This document shows positions 41,427 through 49,681 of a stretch of DNA of 64,000 nt, in pieces; positions within the stretch are counted from its first letter, which is position 1, and each line of letters begins with the position of its first letter. Source of the DNA: a bacterium. GTDB lineage: Bacteria; Bacillota; Clostridia; Oscillospirales; Ruminococcaceae. The stretch covers positions 105,093-169,092 of the forward strand of contig SFVK01000004.1 in assembly GCA_004561545.1 (NCBI GenBank). The letters run 5' to 3'. Below the pieces are notes generated by a model. The model was given only the letters and a program-made list of their open reading frames with translations, had not been told where the DNA came from and did not search any database. The position numbers and the translations under genes are program-made.

Positions 41427-41687
41427 GATACACACTCTCCTTGTCATTGCAAAAGCGGAAGCCAATCTCCGCAGCCGCTGGCGCGGCCTTTCATACAGTT
41501 TCAGTATAGCGGATTTGGGCGACGGGGTGGGAGAAAAAATTTTGAAAAAAACCGTATTTTTTTATTGATTTTGTCCCGTCCCGGTGCAAAAGAGGCCGTT
41601 TTTTCCCGATTTTCAACCGTTTTGACCGGTTTTCCACTGTGGAATTGTGGAAAACCCCGTTCAAAATAAAATTTCACATTCTGTTTT

Positions 41688-41720
41688 GTAACAACTCGGT
41701 GACAAGTCTCGTTCTATAAT
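41688..41720 (+). promoter_or_regulatory. OmpR-type direct repeat overlapping the -35 region, with a TATAAT -10
   Basis: GTAACAA-N4-GTGACAA (11-bp period); TATAAT at 41715. Confidence 0.4.
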
Positions 41721-41753
41721 ATAGGAAACAAAAGGAATAGGAGGTCACCGAGG

Positions 41754-42056
41754 ATGACCCAAACGATGGAAACCGTAACCAATTACAAAGATTTGACCGT
41801 AGACCCACTGGCTCACAGTGTGACCCGCAGCGGGCAGCAAGTACCGCTGACCCCGAAGGAGTTTGCGCTGCTGCAGACATTGCTGGATCATCGCGGCCGG
41901 GTGATGACCCGGGGGGATCTGCTCAGCAACGCCTGGGGATACTCCTGCACGGGGCTGACCCGCACGGTGGACGTCCACATCCAGCGGTTGCGCCGCAAGC
42001 TGGGTTTGGAACAGGAGATCCAGACGGTATACCGGGTGGGATACAAGATGCACTGA
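41754..42056 (+). CDS. stand-alone OmpR-type winged-helix DNA-binding protein (no receiver domain)
   Basis: LTPKEFALL, TRTVDVHIQRLRRKL, TVYRVGY; own RBS. Confidence 0.85.
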   Translation: MTQTMETVTNYKDLTVDPLAHSVTRSGQQVPLTPKEFALLQTLLDHRGRVMTRGDLLSNAWGYSCTGLTRTVDVHIQRLRRKLGLEQEIQTVYRVGYKMH

Positions 42057-42199
42057 AATCTTTGATGCAAACGAGTGATTGTCCGGTTTATTACCCTGAC
42101 GCCCTGCTATAATGAAAGGGTAAGCAGCGGGGGTTGACAGAACCGCAGCGGTGGGGTATGCTGAAAACAGGAACATAATTTTGAAACGGAGGCCCCGCC

Positions 42200-42556
42200 A
42201 TGAGCCAGATGTACGATGTGATCCGGGAGCTCTGCCGCCGCAAGGGCACAGATGTGACCAAAATGTGCCGTGCCCTTGGCATTCCGCGCAGCACGCTGTC
42301 TGAGCTGGCGGCAGGGCGCACCAAACAGCTGACCCTGAAGCACGCCCAGCCCATCGCAGACTATTTCGGCGTGACCATCGGGCAGCTGGCGGGAACCGAG
42401 CCGCTGGAGCCGGGGAGTGCCGTCTGCGATGACGCCATCCGGGACGAGCCCATCGCCGCTTACGAGAATCTGAAGCGCTATCTGACCGAGCAGGACAAGG
42501 AGGACATTGTGACCCTGATCCGGCTGCGGGCCGAGCTCAATCAGGGCAGGCGCTGA
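42200..42556 (+). CDS. XRE-family HTH regulator
   Basis: N-terminal HTH ...IADYFGVTIGQL; TTGACA-17bp-TATGCT promoter at 42134-42162. Confidence 0.8.
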   Translation: MSQMYDVIRELCRRKGTDVTKMCRALGIPRSTLSELAAGRTKQLTLKHAQPIADYFGVTIGQLAGTEPLEPGSAVCDDAIRDEPIAAYENLKRYLTEQDKEDIVTLIRLRAELNQGRR

Positions 42557-42575
42557 GCGGCGGGAGGGAACGCGA

Positions 42576-43019
42576 TTGCCGGAACACAGCCTGAAAGGAA
42601 CGCTGACCGAGATGACCCGGGAGGGCATCACGGTGGCGGAATGCCCGCTCAAGGGCAGCCGCTGCCTGGCGCTGCAAAACGGGCGTCTGGTGGGGGTGAA
42701 CACCGCCCGGTTTGAGAATACCGCCGAGCTGCACACCGCGCTGATCCATGAGGACGGCCACTTTGCCAGCGGAGCTTTTTATCTGCCCTACTCCCCCTAC
42801 CAGCTCAAGGCCCAGGCGGAGTACCGGGCCGACAAGGCCGCCATCCTGAAGCATATCCCCTACCTCGAGCTGGCGGCCCGGCTGCGCGCCGGGGACAGCC
42901 CCGCCGAGGCCGCCGAGTATTTCTGCGTGACCGAGGAATACCTGTGCAAGGCCTACGAGCTGTACCGGGAGCTGGGATATCGGTTCGACGCAGAGGACGC
43001 TTCTCCCGGTTCGGAATAA
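42576..43019 (+). CDS. ImmA/IrrE-family metallo-endopeptidase-like protein
   Basis: LIHEDGH (HExxH), E.RAD..A, AEYF.VTE; follows an XRE gene. Confidence 0.7.
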   Translation: MPEHSLKGTLTEMTREGITVAECPLKGSRCLALQNGRLVGVNTARFENTAELHTALIHEDGHFASGAFYLPYSPYQLKAQAEYRADKAAILKHIPYLELAARLRAGDSPAEAAEYFCVTEEYLCKAYELYRELGYRFDAEDASPGSE

Positions 43020-43027
43020 TTCAAAAA

Positions 43028-43057
43028 CGCCCTGACGCAAAAATTGGCGTCAGGGCG
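43028..43057 (+). terminator. terminator-like hairpin
   Basis: CGCCCTGACGC/GCGTCAGGGCG 11-bp stem. Confidence 0.6.
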
Positions 43058-43768
43058 CTGTTTGGATTCATCGCCGGATACCCGGTTCTGGCGCAGCCGC
43101 TGTGAGTTTACAGGAAGAATGAAAAATGAGGGATAAACGGCGGACGGGGCGGATATGGAAGTCGGAAAAGGCGGGATAAGCCGAAAATAAACATAAGAAC
43201 GCCAAAAACCATAATTGTTAAACGGGAAAGCAGGCATAAAAATTGCAAGCCCTTGGAATGGAGCTTGCAATTTTTTTGGCCGATTTTTTAGGGGTTGCGA
43301 CAGGAAAAAAGAGCAAATCGACAGCCGCGTTTATGACCGTTTAAGAAGTACCTGGCTTGTTTACGGTGGCAACAAAAAGATAATGGTAAATCGAATATTA
43401 AATGAAAATTAAATTGCGTTTAAGAAAAGGAACGTATTGTTTAATTTCAAACAAAAACCAAGATTTTTCTTGTTGCATAAGTGGCGAAAGTGCGGAACTT
43501 TTGGTTCCGCACTATTTTTAAGGTTCCGATTACGATAGTACGTCATAATTTCGAGCTTTTTTCAGGATGTGAAAAAAGCCTGGTTCCGCAGGCGTTGGGC
43601 AAAAATTGGTGGTCTACACGCTGCCATTAAGGGAAGATTATACGATCCACATTTTTGCAAGGCTATCAGGGATTAGTTTGCAAAAATTGCTGTAAAAATA
43701 ACCCCTAGCGTTGGAATCCAACAAAAGCGAGACAGAAAGGCCGCTCTTGTGCCATGCTGGATTTGGAA

Positions 43769-44383
43769 TTAGAATCCCCTTTCGTCCAATGCCCCATCGT
43801 CGCTGCGACGCGGATCGGGGCTGGAGGGGAAGTAGTATTGCTGGGTATCCACCAGATCTGCGCTCAGTAGCTTCATGTAGAAGTTATATGCTTTTGCAAA
43901 ATCTATCTTTAGCCCCTCTTCGCCGCGCTGGGCTTCCTGCTGATAATTACGGGCAAAATCATAGGCGATGTTGCAGAAATGCTCCAGTAAATAAGTGGAG
44001 CGGCGCTGAAACTCAGCATCTTCTACGTGCAAAGCGTTGGCAATATAGGCCAATGCTCCGCGTACATAGAACTGCGTTTCAGGGCTGGCCTTCTGATAAC
44101 TTTCCAGAAGGCCAGGCAACAAAGATACATCTATTTTCTTGAGTTCGTCGAGTGTTGAGGGCGATTCCCACAAAGTCGAAGAGGGATCATCTGTTTCGCC
44201 ACGGAGGTACGCGCCGGATACATTGAAGTATTGCTCAAGGCAAGCCATCGCCTTAGAATTTGGCTCTCTCCGCCCCGATTCATAGCTGTTGATAGAGTGA
44301 ACGGAAAGCCCTGTTTCACTTGCAAGCTGTGCCTGACTAAGCCCGTGTGCCTTTCGCAGCTCTTTGATCCGATTGGACGACAT
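43769..44383 (-). CDS. prophage repressor (XRE HTH)
   Basis: NRIKELRK..GLSQ.QLA...YESGRREP; divergent from the early operon. Confidence 0.85.
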   Translation of the reverse strand: MSSNRIKELRKAHGLSQAQLASETGLSVHSINSYESGRREPNSKAMACLEQYFNVSGAYLRGETDDPSSTLWESPSTLDELKKIDVSLLPGLLESYQKASPETQFYVRGALAYIANALHVEDAEFQRRSTYLLEHFCNIAYDFARNYQQEAQRGEEGLKIDFAKAYNFYMKLLSADLVDTQQYYFPSSPDPRRSDDGALDERGF

Positions 44384-44432
44384 AGTAGCCTCCCGTGTGT
44401 GAAATAAACTCAATAGAGGGGGATATGGTTTC

Positions 44433-44534
44433 ATTATATCATGCAAAGTACAAATGTACACGGGAAAATACAAGAAAATTCTTGACATGTACATTTGTAC
44501 GAGTTAAAATACACATAAGCAAGTACGTATGTAC
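44433..44534. promoter_or_regulatory. lysis/lysogeny switch: divergent promoters and three operators
   Basis: GTAC-N4-GTAC at 44448, 44489 and 44523; rightward TTGACA-17bp-TAAAAT (44482-44510); leftward TGnTATAAT (44441-44433). Confidence 0.8.
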
Positions 44535-44556
44535 GCACTCAAAAGGAGCGGACGCT

Positions 44557-44799
44557 ATGTTTGTTATCCCCAAAGTTGAATCCTTGCATCAGCGGAGGAT
44601 AGCGCAAGGCCTGGATATGAAAGGACTGTCTACTAAGGCTGGCCTCCCTGGTAACGCGATCCTTCGCATTGAGAAAGGTGAATGTGCGAGAACGAATCAT
44701 CTTCGCGCCCAGTCAATCGCTGACGCCCTCGGTTGTCAGGTGGAGGATATTTTCACCATCCCCAGTCGCACCGGCCAGACAGCCACTTCAAATAAGTAG
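44557..44799 (+). CDS. Cro/Ner-equivalent HTH protein
   Basis: 80-aa XRE-like protein (IADALGCQVEDIF), AAGGAG RBS, first early gene. Confidence 0.8.
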   Translation: MFVIPKVESLHQRRIAQGLDMKGLSTKAGLPGNAILRIEKGECARTNHLRAQSIADALGCQVEDIFTIPSRTGQTATSNK

Positions 44800-44821
44800 A
44801 CCAGAACGGGGGAATGAACGG

Positions 44822-44905
44822 GTGGAACTTTGGAAATTTGCGATGGTCATCTCTCTGATAAGCCTGGTTCTTAGCGTGGTATCTTTGCTTTTTGCGTGTA
44901 TGTAA
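44822..44905 (+). CDS. putative 27-aa single-TM peptide
   Basis: GGGGGA RBS, GTG start, MELWKFAMVISLISLVLSVVSLLFACM. Confidence 0.45.
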   Translation: MELWKFAMVISLISLVLSVVSLLFACM

Positions 44906-44913
44906 ATATCTGA

Positions 44914-44976
44914 GCCGAAACGGCCCCACGGGGCCGTCTGCCGGGGATGACCGCCCGGTACTGATGATGGCAGGTC
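44914..44976 (+). ncRNA. hammerhead ribozyme type II with pseudoknot (HHR1), cut after C44938
   Basis: GCC-GAAA-[CGGCCC cacg GGGCCG]-TC-[TGCCGGG gatgaccg CCCGGTA]-CTGATGA-T-GGC-A-GGTC; loop GACC pairs with 3' GGTC. Confidence 0.9.
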
Positions 44977-44988
44977 GAGGAGAACGCC

Positions 44989-45372
44989 ATGCACATTCGC
45001 ATTATAGATGCCATACAGGAACAATATGGCGAGAAATACCCCACACTGGAGGATGCTCTGAACTGGTGGGCGTGGCCCGAGCATTGGCGGCGCGGCGCAT
45101 GGGACAGCGATTTTGTGACAGGTATAAAGACCGTTGAAACGGCGTTTAACCGGCTGTTCAAAAAGGAGGAAAAAACATTGGAGGAAGCGATTCTGGAGGC
45201 GCTGAAAGAAATGACCGGCGAAGAGCCCGGCACGATCGAGAAGGCGCTGGAGCGGCATTACCGCCGGGAGCTGCTGGACATCTGGCTACGGTATGAGGGC
45301 TTGATCGGCTATACTGGTGAGATCCTGCGAGTGATGGAGGCGCTTGGCTATGACATTGATACAGAAGAATGA
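44989..45372 (+). CDS. hypothetical phage protein
   Basis: GAGGAG RBS directly after HHR1; 127 aa. Confidence 0.75.
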   Translation: MHIRIIDAIQEQYGEKYPTLEDALNWWAWPEHWRRGAWDSDFVTGIKTVETAFNRLFKKEEKTLEEAILEALKEMTGEEPGTIEKALERHYRRELLDIWLRYEGLIGYTGEILRVMEALGYDIDTEE

Positions 45373-45601
45373 CCGGGTACCGGTGCAGAAGCTGGGCGAT
45401 CCGCTGCTGGTTGGCGAGACCTACCCCAATGCTGGGAGCCAATACAAGGTGCTGAAGGTGGAAGGGTACTATGGGGATGCCTGGGTACAGAACATCAAAA
45501 GCGGATGGACCTGCAAGGCACACCGCCCGGCCCTGTACCTGATGCCGGATGGACAGATCGAGCTGCAATGGGCTTACAGCACAGAGGGGCATTTCGAATA
45601 A
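45350..45601 (+). CDS. hypothetical phage protein
   Basis: GGAGG RBS; 83 aa. Confidence 0.7.
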   Translation: MTLIQKNDRVPVQKLGDPLLVGETYPNAGSQYKVLKVEGYYGDAWVQNIKSGWTCKAHRPALYLMPDGQIELQWAYSTEGHFE

Positions 45602-45647
45602 ATCGCTTGCACAATGTTGCAAAGTAAATATGCTGGATATGACAACA

Positions 45648-45711
45648 GCCGAAACGGCCCTGCGGGGCCGTCTGCCGGGAACGGCCGCCCGGTACTGATG
45701 ATGGCAGGTCG
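45648..45711 (+). ncRNA. hammerhead ribozyme type II with pseudoknot (HHR2), cut after C45672
   Basis: Same stems and core as HHR1; all 5 differences are in loops; loop CGGCC pairs with 3' GGTCG. Confidence 0.9.
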
Positions 45712-45743
45712 GGTTTTCCATAATGAACAGGAAGGAGGAGCAA

Positions 45744-45938
45744 ATGGAAAACAAAATTATTGTTAGCGTTCCTGATCATATATATTTCAGGCGACGCCGC
45801 GTAAAACAGGCGCTGAAAGATGTGCAGAGAATCTTCTTAGACTACAAAGTTCCCTTTGAGATAGAAGAAGACATGGGAAAAGAATTCACAGTGTCCGAAT
45901 CTGGAGAATGCAAGTCAAAAAGGAAAGCCAGCCATTAG
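45744..45938 (+). CDS. hypothetical phage protein
   Basis: AAGGAGG RBS; 64 aa; AT-rich. Confidence 0.65.
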   Translation: MENKIIVSVPDHIYFRRRRVKQALKDVQRIFLDYKVPFEIEEDMGKEFTVSESGECKSKRKASH

Positions 45939-46556
45939 TTCCACGCTATTGACAATTTTCTTAAGATCAACGAGATTTTTGTAATGAAATTTCTCCATCA
46001 ACAAAACGCAATGTTCTACGGTTGTGCGCCTGATTTCGGCCAGTGAAGCGCCTTGAAAAATCAGAAGCACAGGGGCCGCGAACAATTCTGAAGGAACAAA
46101 GCCATAGCGTTCACTAAACGATTTCAGAACATAGGGGTCTGCAGTATAAACGTCTTCACCATTGATTACATAATCTTGAGGTTCAAGGGGACTTTGCCCA
46201 TCCATTCCATCGCCATAATAATACTGCTCTGCCTCGTATTTTTTGTATTGTGCGCAGATTTTTGACATAAACGTGGCAATTTTTCCTGTGCTATCCAAAG
46301 TAGCAAACAAGAGATTCAATCTGTGATCCAAAATATAGATCCGAATATCAGGAGAAATCTCTTTTTTTCGCGGCCTTAATGTGGCCATCTGTGTTGAATA
46401 CGACATAACGCGGTCATGTAAATTTTCAAGATATGTGGGCCATATATTGCACGTTTCCTTTAAAAGCTGCGTGCAGTACAAAGAAATATCATAGCGAAGC
46501 AGTGGTAGGTCCTGTTTCAGTGGGGGAGCAAAACCAGTAATACTGTAATAATTCAT
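45915..46556 (-). CDS. hypothetical moron-like protein antisense to the early operon
   Basis: AGAGAGG RBS; 213-aa open frame in AT-rich DNA (MNYYSITGF...). Confidence 0.75.
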   Translation of the reverse strand: MNYYSITGFAPPLKQDLPLLRYDISLYCTQLLKETCNIWPTYLENLHDRVMSYSTQMATLRPRKKEISPDIRIYILDHRLNLLFATLDSTGKIATFMSKICAQYKKYEAEQYYYGDGMDGQSPLEPQDYVINGEDVYTADPYVLKSFSERYGFVPSELFAAPVLLIFQGASLAEIRRTTVEHCVLLMEKFHYKNLVDLKKIVNSVELMAGFPF

Positions 46557-46643
46557 GTTTGGAAACCTCTCTAACGATAGCATAAAGCAGCGCGGCAACA
46601 CTGCTCTTATCAATAGGATAACACGAATTGTAAAGATTGAACA

Positions 46644-46708
46644 GCCGAAACGGTCCTGCGGGGCCGTCTGCTGAGGGGTGACCGCCCAGCACTGAAGATG
46701 GCAGGTCA
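46644..46708 (+). ncRNA. hammerhead ribozyme type II with pseudoknot (HHR3), cut after C46668
   Basis: Core GAAA/GTC/CTGAAGA; stem I has compensatory C-G>T-A and G-T>G-C changes; loop TGACC pairs with 3' GGTCA. Confidence 0.88.
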
Positions 46709-46716
46709 AAATTGAG

Positions 46717-48711
46717 GTGAATGGATTGGAATCGCTACTGAGAACGGCGGAAGTCGCTGGTCTTTTGGGATGCACAGACAGAGCTGTTCGGAAACGAATT
46801 TCTAAAGGACTCCTTCCAGTTCAATGGGATGAGCAGGCTCATGGCTATCTTATACCTGTTTCTGTCCTCCCCCCCGAAGTACAAACCGAATACTACAAGC
46901 GCCACAGCCAGGCTGTACAGGCCACCGTTGAGAAGAAATTGGGCGGCGCACTGACGCCACCGCCGGCAGAGCCGTTGGACCATTTTACTGCAGCCGAACG
47001 GCAGGAAATCGGCTTCTGGCTGAAAGCGGTGGAAGACTGGCAGACCTACCGAAACCAGTACAGCGATAAGGCTGCGGCGGACGAGGCATTTGTCGCGCAG
47101 TTCAAACTGGATCATGCCGGGGTGGATATCAGCCGCCAGATCCTTTACCGGCGCGGCAGGGCTGTGAAAGACAACAACCTGCGCGCCCTGACCGACAGCC
47201 GCGGCAAGACCCGCAAGGGCAGCTCCAAAATTGACGAGACCGCCTGGGAGGCATTTCTGTCATTCTACCTGGACTACAGAAAATTCTCGGTCAAGGAGTG
47301 CTACCGGTTCACCGAGCTGTGGGCCGAGGAAGATTTTCCCGACCTGCTGCCGCTTCCGAGCTATACGACCTTTTACCGGCGCGTCACAAACGATGTTCAA
47401 AAAGCGGTGGCGACATTGGCGCGGGACGGCAACAAGAAGATGACGGACCGCTGCGCGCCCTACATACGCCGCGAGTACGAAAATATGGCGTCGAACGACT
47501 GCTGGTTCGCAGATAACCACACGTTTGATGTTATCACGGAGGGAGATGGCGGCAGCCGCCACCGGCTGTATTTGACGGCCTTCTTTGATGCGCGAAGCCA
47601 GATTTTTGTGGGGGCATACGTTACGGAAGCACCCAGCAGCCAAGCGACCCTGATCGCACTGCGGCGGGCAATTCTGAAATACGGTATCCCCAAGCAGGTA
47701 TGGTTGGACAACGGCCACGAATTCACGGCCTTTGACGTGGGCGGACCGGGGCACCATGCCAAGAAGAGCCAGCGGGGCCAGTTCGCGCCGCCGCCGATCT
47801 TCCAGCGTCTGGGCATCAAGGTGATCCACGCCAAGGTCCGAAACGCCCGCGCCAAGACCATAGAGCGCGCTTTCCTGGATGTGAAAAACCAGATCAGCCG
47901 GTTGTTTGAAACATTCTGCGGCGGCACCGTTCTGGAAAAGCCGGAAATGTTGAAAACCAAGTTGAAAAATGGGCACGTTGTCCTGGATGGCGATTTCACC
48001 GCCTCCATCGAGACGCTGCTGGAAGGCTGGTTCAACGAGCGGGAATACGGCGGGGCCGTCATTGAGGATCGCGGCAAGCCGTGCATTGAGGTCTGGCACG
48101 ACCGGCTGCAGGAGAAGCGGGTTCCGGCCGACGAAGAACAGCTCAACCTGATGCTGATGCGCAGCACCAGAAAGCAAAAAGTCAAACGCGAAGGCGTTCG
48201 CCTGCTGATCCACGGCAAACCGCTTTGGTATTACGACATGGATTTTGTGCTGGAGAATCAGGGCAAAGAAGTGTATCTGCGATACGACCCAACCAGTCTG
48301 AAGGACGTGCGGGTCTATACCCTGGAAGACAAGTTCATTTGCACATTGCCCGCCTTTGACGAGGTCGTTCTAAAATATGACGCCAGTGCGGACGATATCG
48401 GCCGCGCCATGGCGATACAGAAGCGGTATGAAAAGGCTGTCAAGTCCGCGCTGGAATCCAAAACTGCCAAAATCATTGACACCTATGGCAAGCGTGATGC
48501 ATTCGACCTGGTGCTGGCAAAGGCTCGCCGCAATCAACAGGCCCGCATCGTAAGCCAGGATGACAGCGATCCCAAGCTGGTTCGGCTGGTATATGCCGAT
48601 GAGGATATGGAGGAAACGCCGCTGCTCCGCGCAGCCAACGGCGAAAACACTATTGATTACGACAAACTGCTGCGCAATTGTGCAAAAAATCACGGAGGTG
48701 CTGAAGAATGA
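46717..48711 (+). CDS. Mu-type DDE transposase A (true start possibly TTG 46726)
   Basis: N-terminal HTH, LPSY.TF.R, D (ADNHTFD), D (LDNGHEF), E (AKTIERAF), C-terminal V.LRYDP. Confidence 0.93.
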   Translation: MNGLESLLRTAEVAGLLGCTDRAVRKRISKGLLPVQWDEQAHGYLIPVSVLPPEVQTEYYKRHSQAVQATVEKKLGGALTPPPAEPLDHFTAAERQEIGFWLKAVEDWQTYRNQYSDKAAADEAFVAQFKLDHAGVDISRQILYRRGRAVKDNNLRALTDSRGKTRKGSSKIDETAWEAFLSFYLDYRKFSVKECYRFTELWAEEDFPDLLPLPSYTTFYRRVTNDVQKAVATLARDGNKKMTDRCAPYIRREYENMASNDCWFADNHTFDVITEGDGGSRHRLYLTAFFDARSQIFVGAYVTEAPSSQATLIALRRAILKYGIPKQVWLDNGHEFTAFDVGGPGHHAKKSQRGQFAPPPIFQRLGIKVIHAKVRNARAKTIERAFLDVKNQISRLFETFCGGTVLEKPEMLKTKLKNGHVVLDGDFTASIETLLEGWFNEREYGGAVIEDRGKPCIEVWHDRLQEKRVPADEEQLNLMLMRSTRKQKVKREGVRLLIHGKPLWYYDMDFVLENQGKEVYLRYDPTSLKDVRVYTLEDKFICTLPAFDEVVLKYDASADDIGRAMAIQKRYEKAVKSALESKTAKIIDTYGKRDAFDLVLAKARRNQQARIVSQDDSDPKLVRLVYADEDMEETPLLRAANGENTIDYDKLLRNCAKNHGGAEE

Positions 48712-49670
48712 AAACCTACAACGAGGAACTGCGGCAGCGCATGATCGCGTACCGCGACAAGGCCAAAGTGGCCGGTATCGCGCAGAACAAAATCGCTTCT
48801 GCCATCGGTATCAGCCAGACTTTGCTGAGCCAGTATTGCAACGGCAAGTACGAAGGCGATATTTCCGAAACCGAGCGCAAGGTGGAAGAATTTCTAAAAA
48901 CCAGAGAGCTTGCCGACCAGGCTCAGGAGCAGAAGGCGCCCTTCCGCAAAACCGGCCAGTACGTTCCGATCAGCGTAAGCGAAGATGTCTACCGCGCTAT
49001 TCAGTTCTGTCAGATGGAACGCGGTTTGACAGTCCTGTACGGAGATGCAGGCGTTGGCAAAACGATGGGCGCCAAAAAGTTCGTGCGCGATCATCCGCTG
49101 AATGCAATTTACTTTCGTTCGACCCCCATCAGCGGCGGGCTGACGGCCACCATGCGCATTTTGGCCGAACATTTAAAGGTCCCGGACTGCCGCAACCGCC
49201 AGGATCTGGAGCGCGGGATCAAAGCACGCCTGCAGGGAACCGATAAGGTCATCATCATTGATGAGGCGCAGAACTTGAAATATGAGACGCTGCAGGAGCT
49301 GTACCAGCTGACTGATGAGGATGACAGCACCGGCGAACCCGGTACCGGCATTTGCCTGATCGGCAACCAGGAAGTGTATGACCGTATGTTGGGACGGCAG
49401 GAAGCCCAGTTTGCCCAGCAGTTTACCAGGGTGAAACTGCGGCGGTCTTATTCCGTGGCAAAGATGACACGGGATGACTTTGCAAAGATTTTCCCCATGC
49501 TGGCAGATGATGCGCACAAAAATGAGCTGGACTTCCTGTTCAAGGTGGCGCGCGGCCGCTGGGGTATGCGGGGCGCTGTGACGATCTACGACAACGCCGC
49601 CAACACGGAAGACATCAGCGAAAAGAACCTGCGGTCATGGGCAATGAACATCGGCGTGGGTGTGCTGTAA
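48708..49670 (+). CDS. MuB-like AAA+ transposition ATPase
   Basis: N-terminal HTH, GDAGVGKT, IIIDEAQ; coupled to the transposase. Confidence 0.92.
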   Translation: MKTYNEELRQRMIAYRDKAKVAGIAQNKIASAIGISQTLLSQYCNGKYEGDISETERKVEEFLKTRELADQAQEQKAPFRKTGQYVPISVSEDVYRAIQFCQMERGLTVLYGDAGVGKTMGAKKFVRDHPLNAIYFRSTPISGGLTATMRILAEHLKVPDCRNRQDLERGIKARLQGTDKVIIIDEAQNLKYETLQELYQLTDEDDSTGEPGTGICLIGNQEVYDRMLGRQEAQFAQQFTRVKLRRSYSVAKMTRDDFAKIFPMLADDAHKNELDFLFKVARGRWGMRGAVTIYDNAANTEDISEKNLRSWAMNIGVGVL

Positions 49671-49681
49671 AGGAGGAAACC

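Noticed and set aside
42171..42182. LexA box before the XRE/ImmA pair (GAAC-ATAA-TTTT)
   Set aside because: The right half-site mismatches GTTC and there is only one copy.
44913..46708. The three 65-bp repeats as a CRISPR array, terminators or attC sites
   Set aside because: Spacers are 0.7-0.9 kb and gene-bearing, there are no cas or integron integrase genes and no U-tracts; the hammerhead core explains the conservation.
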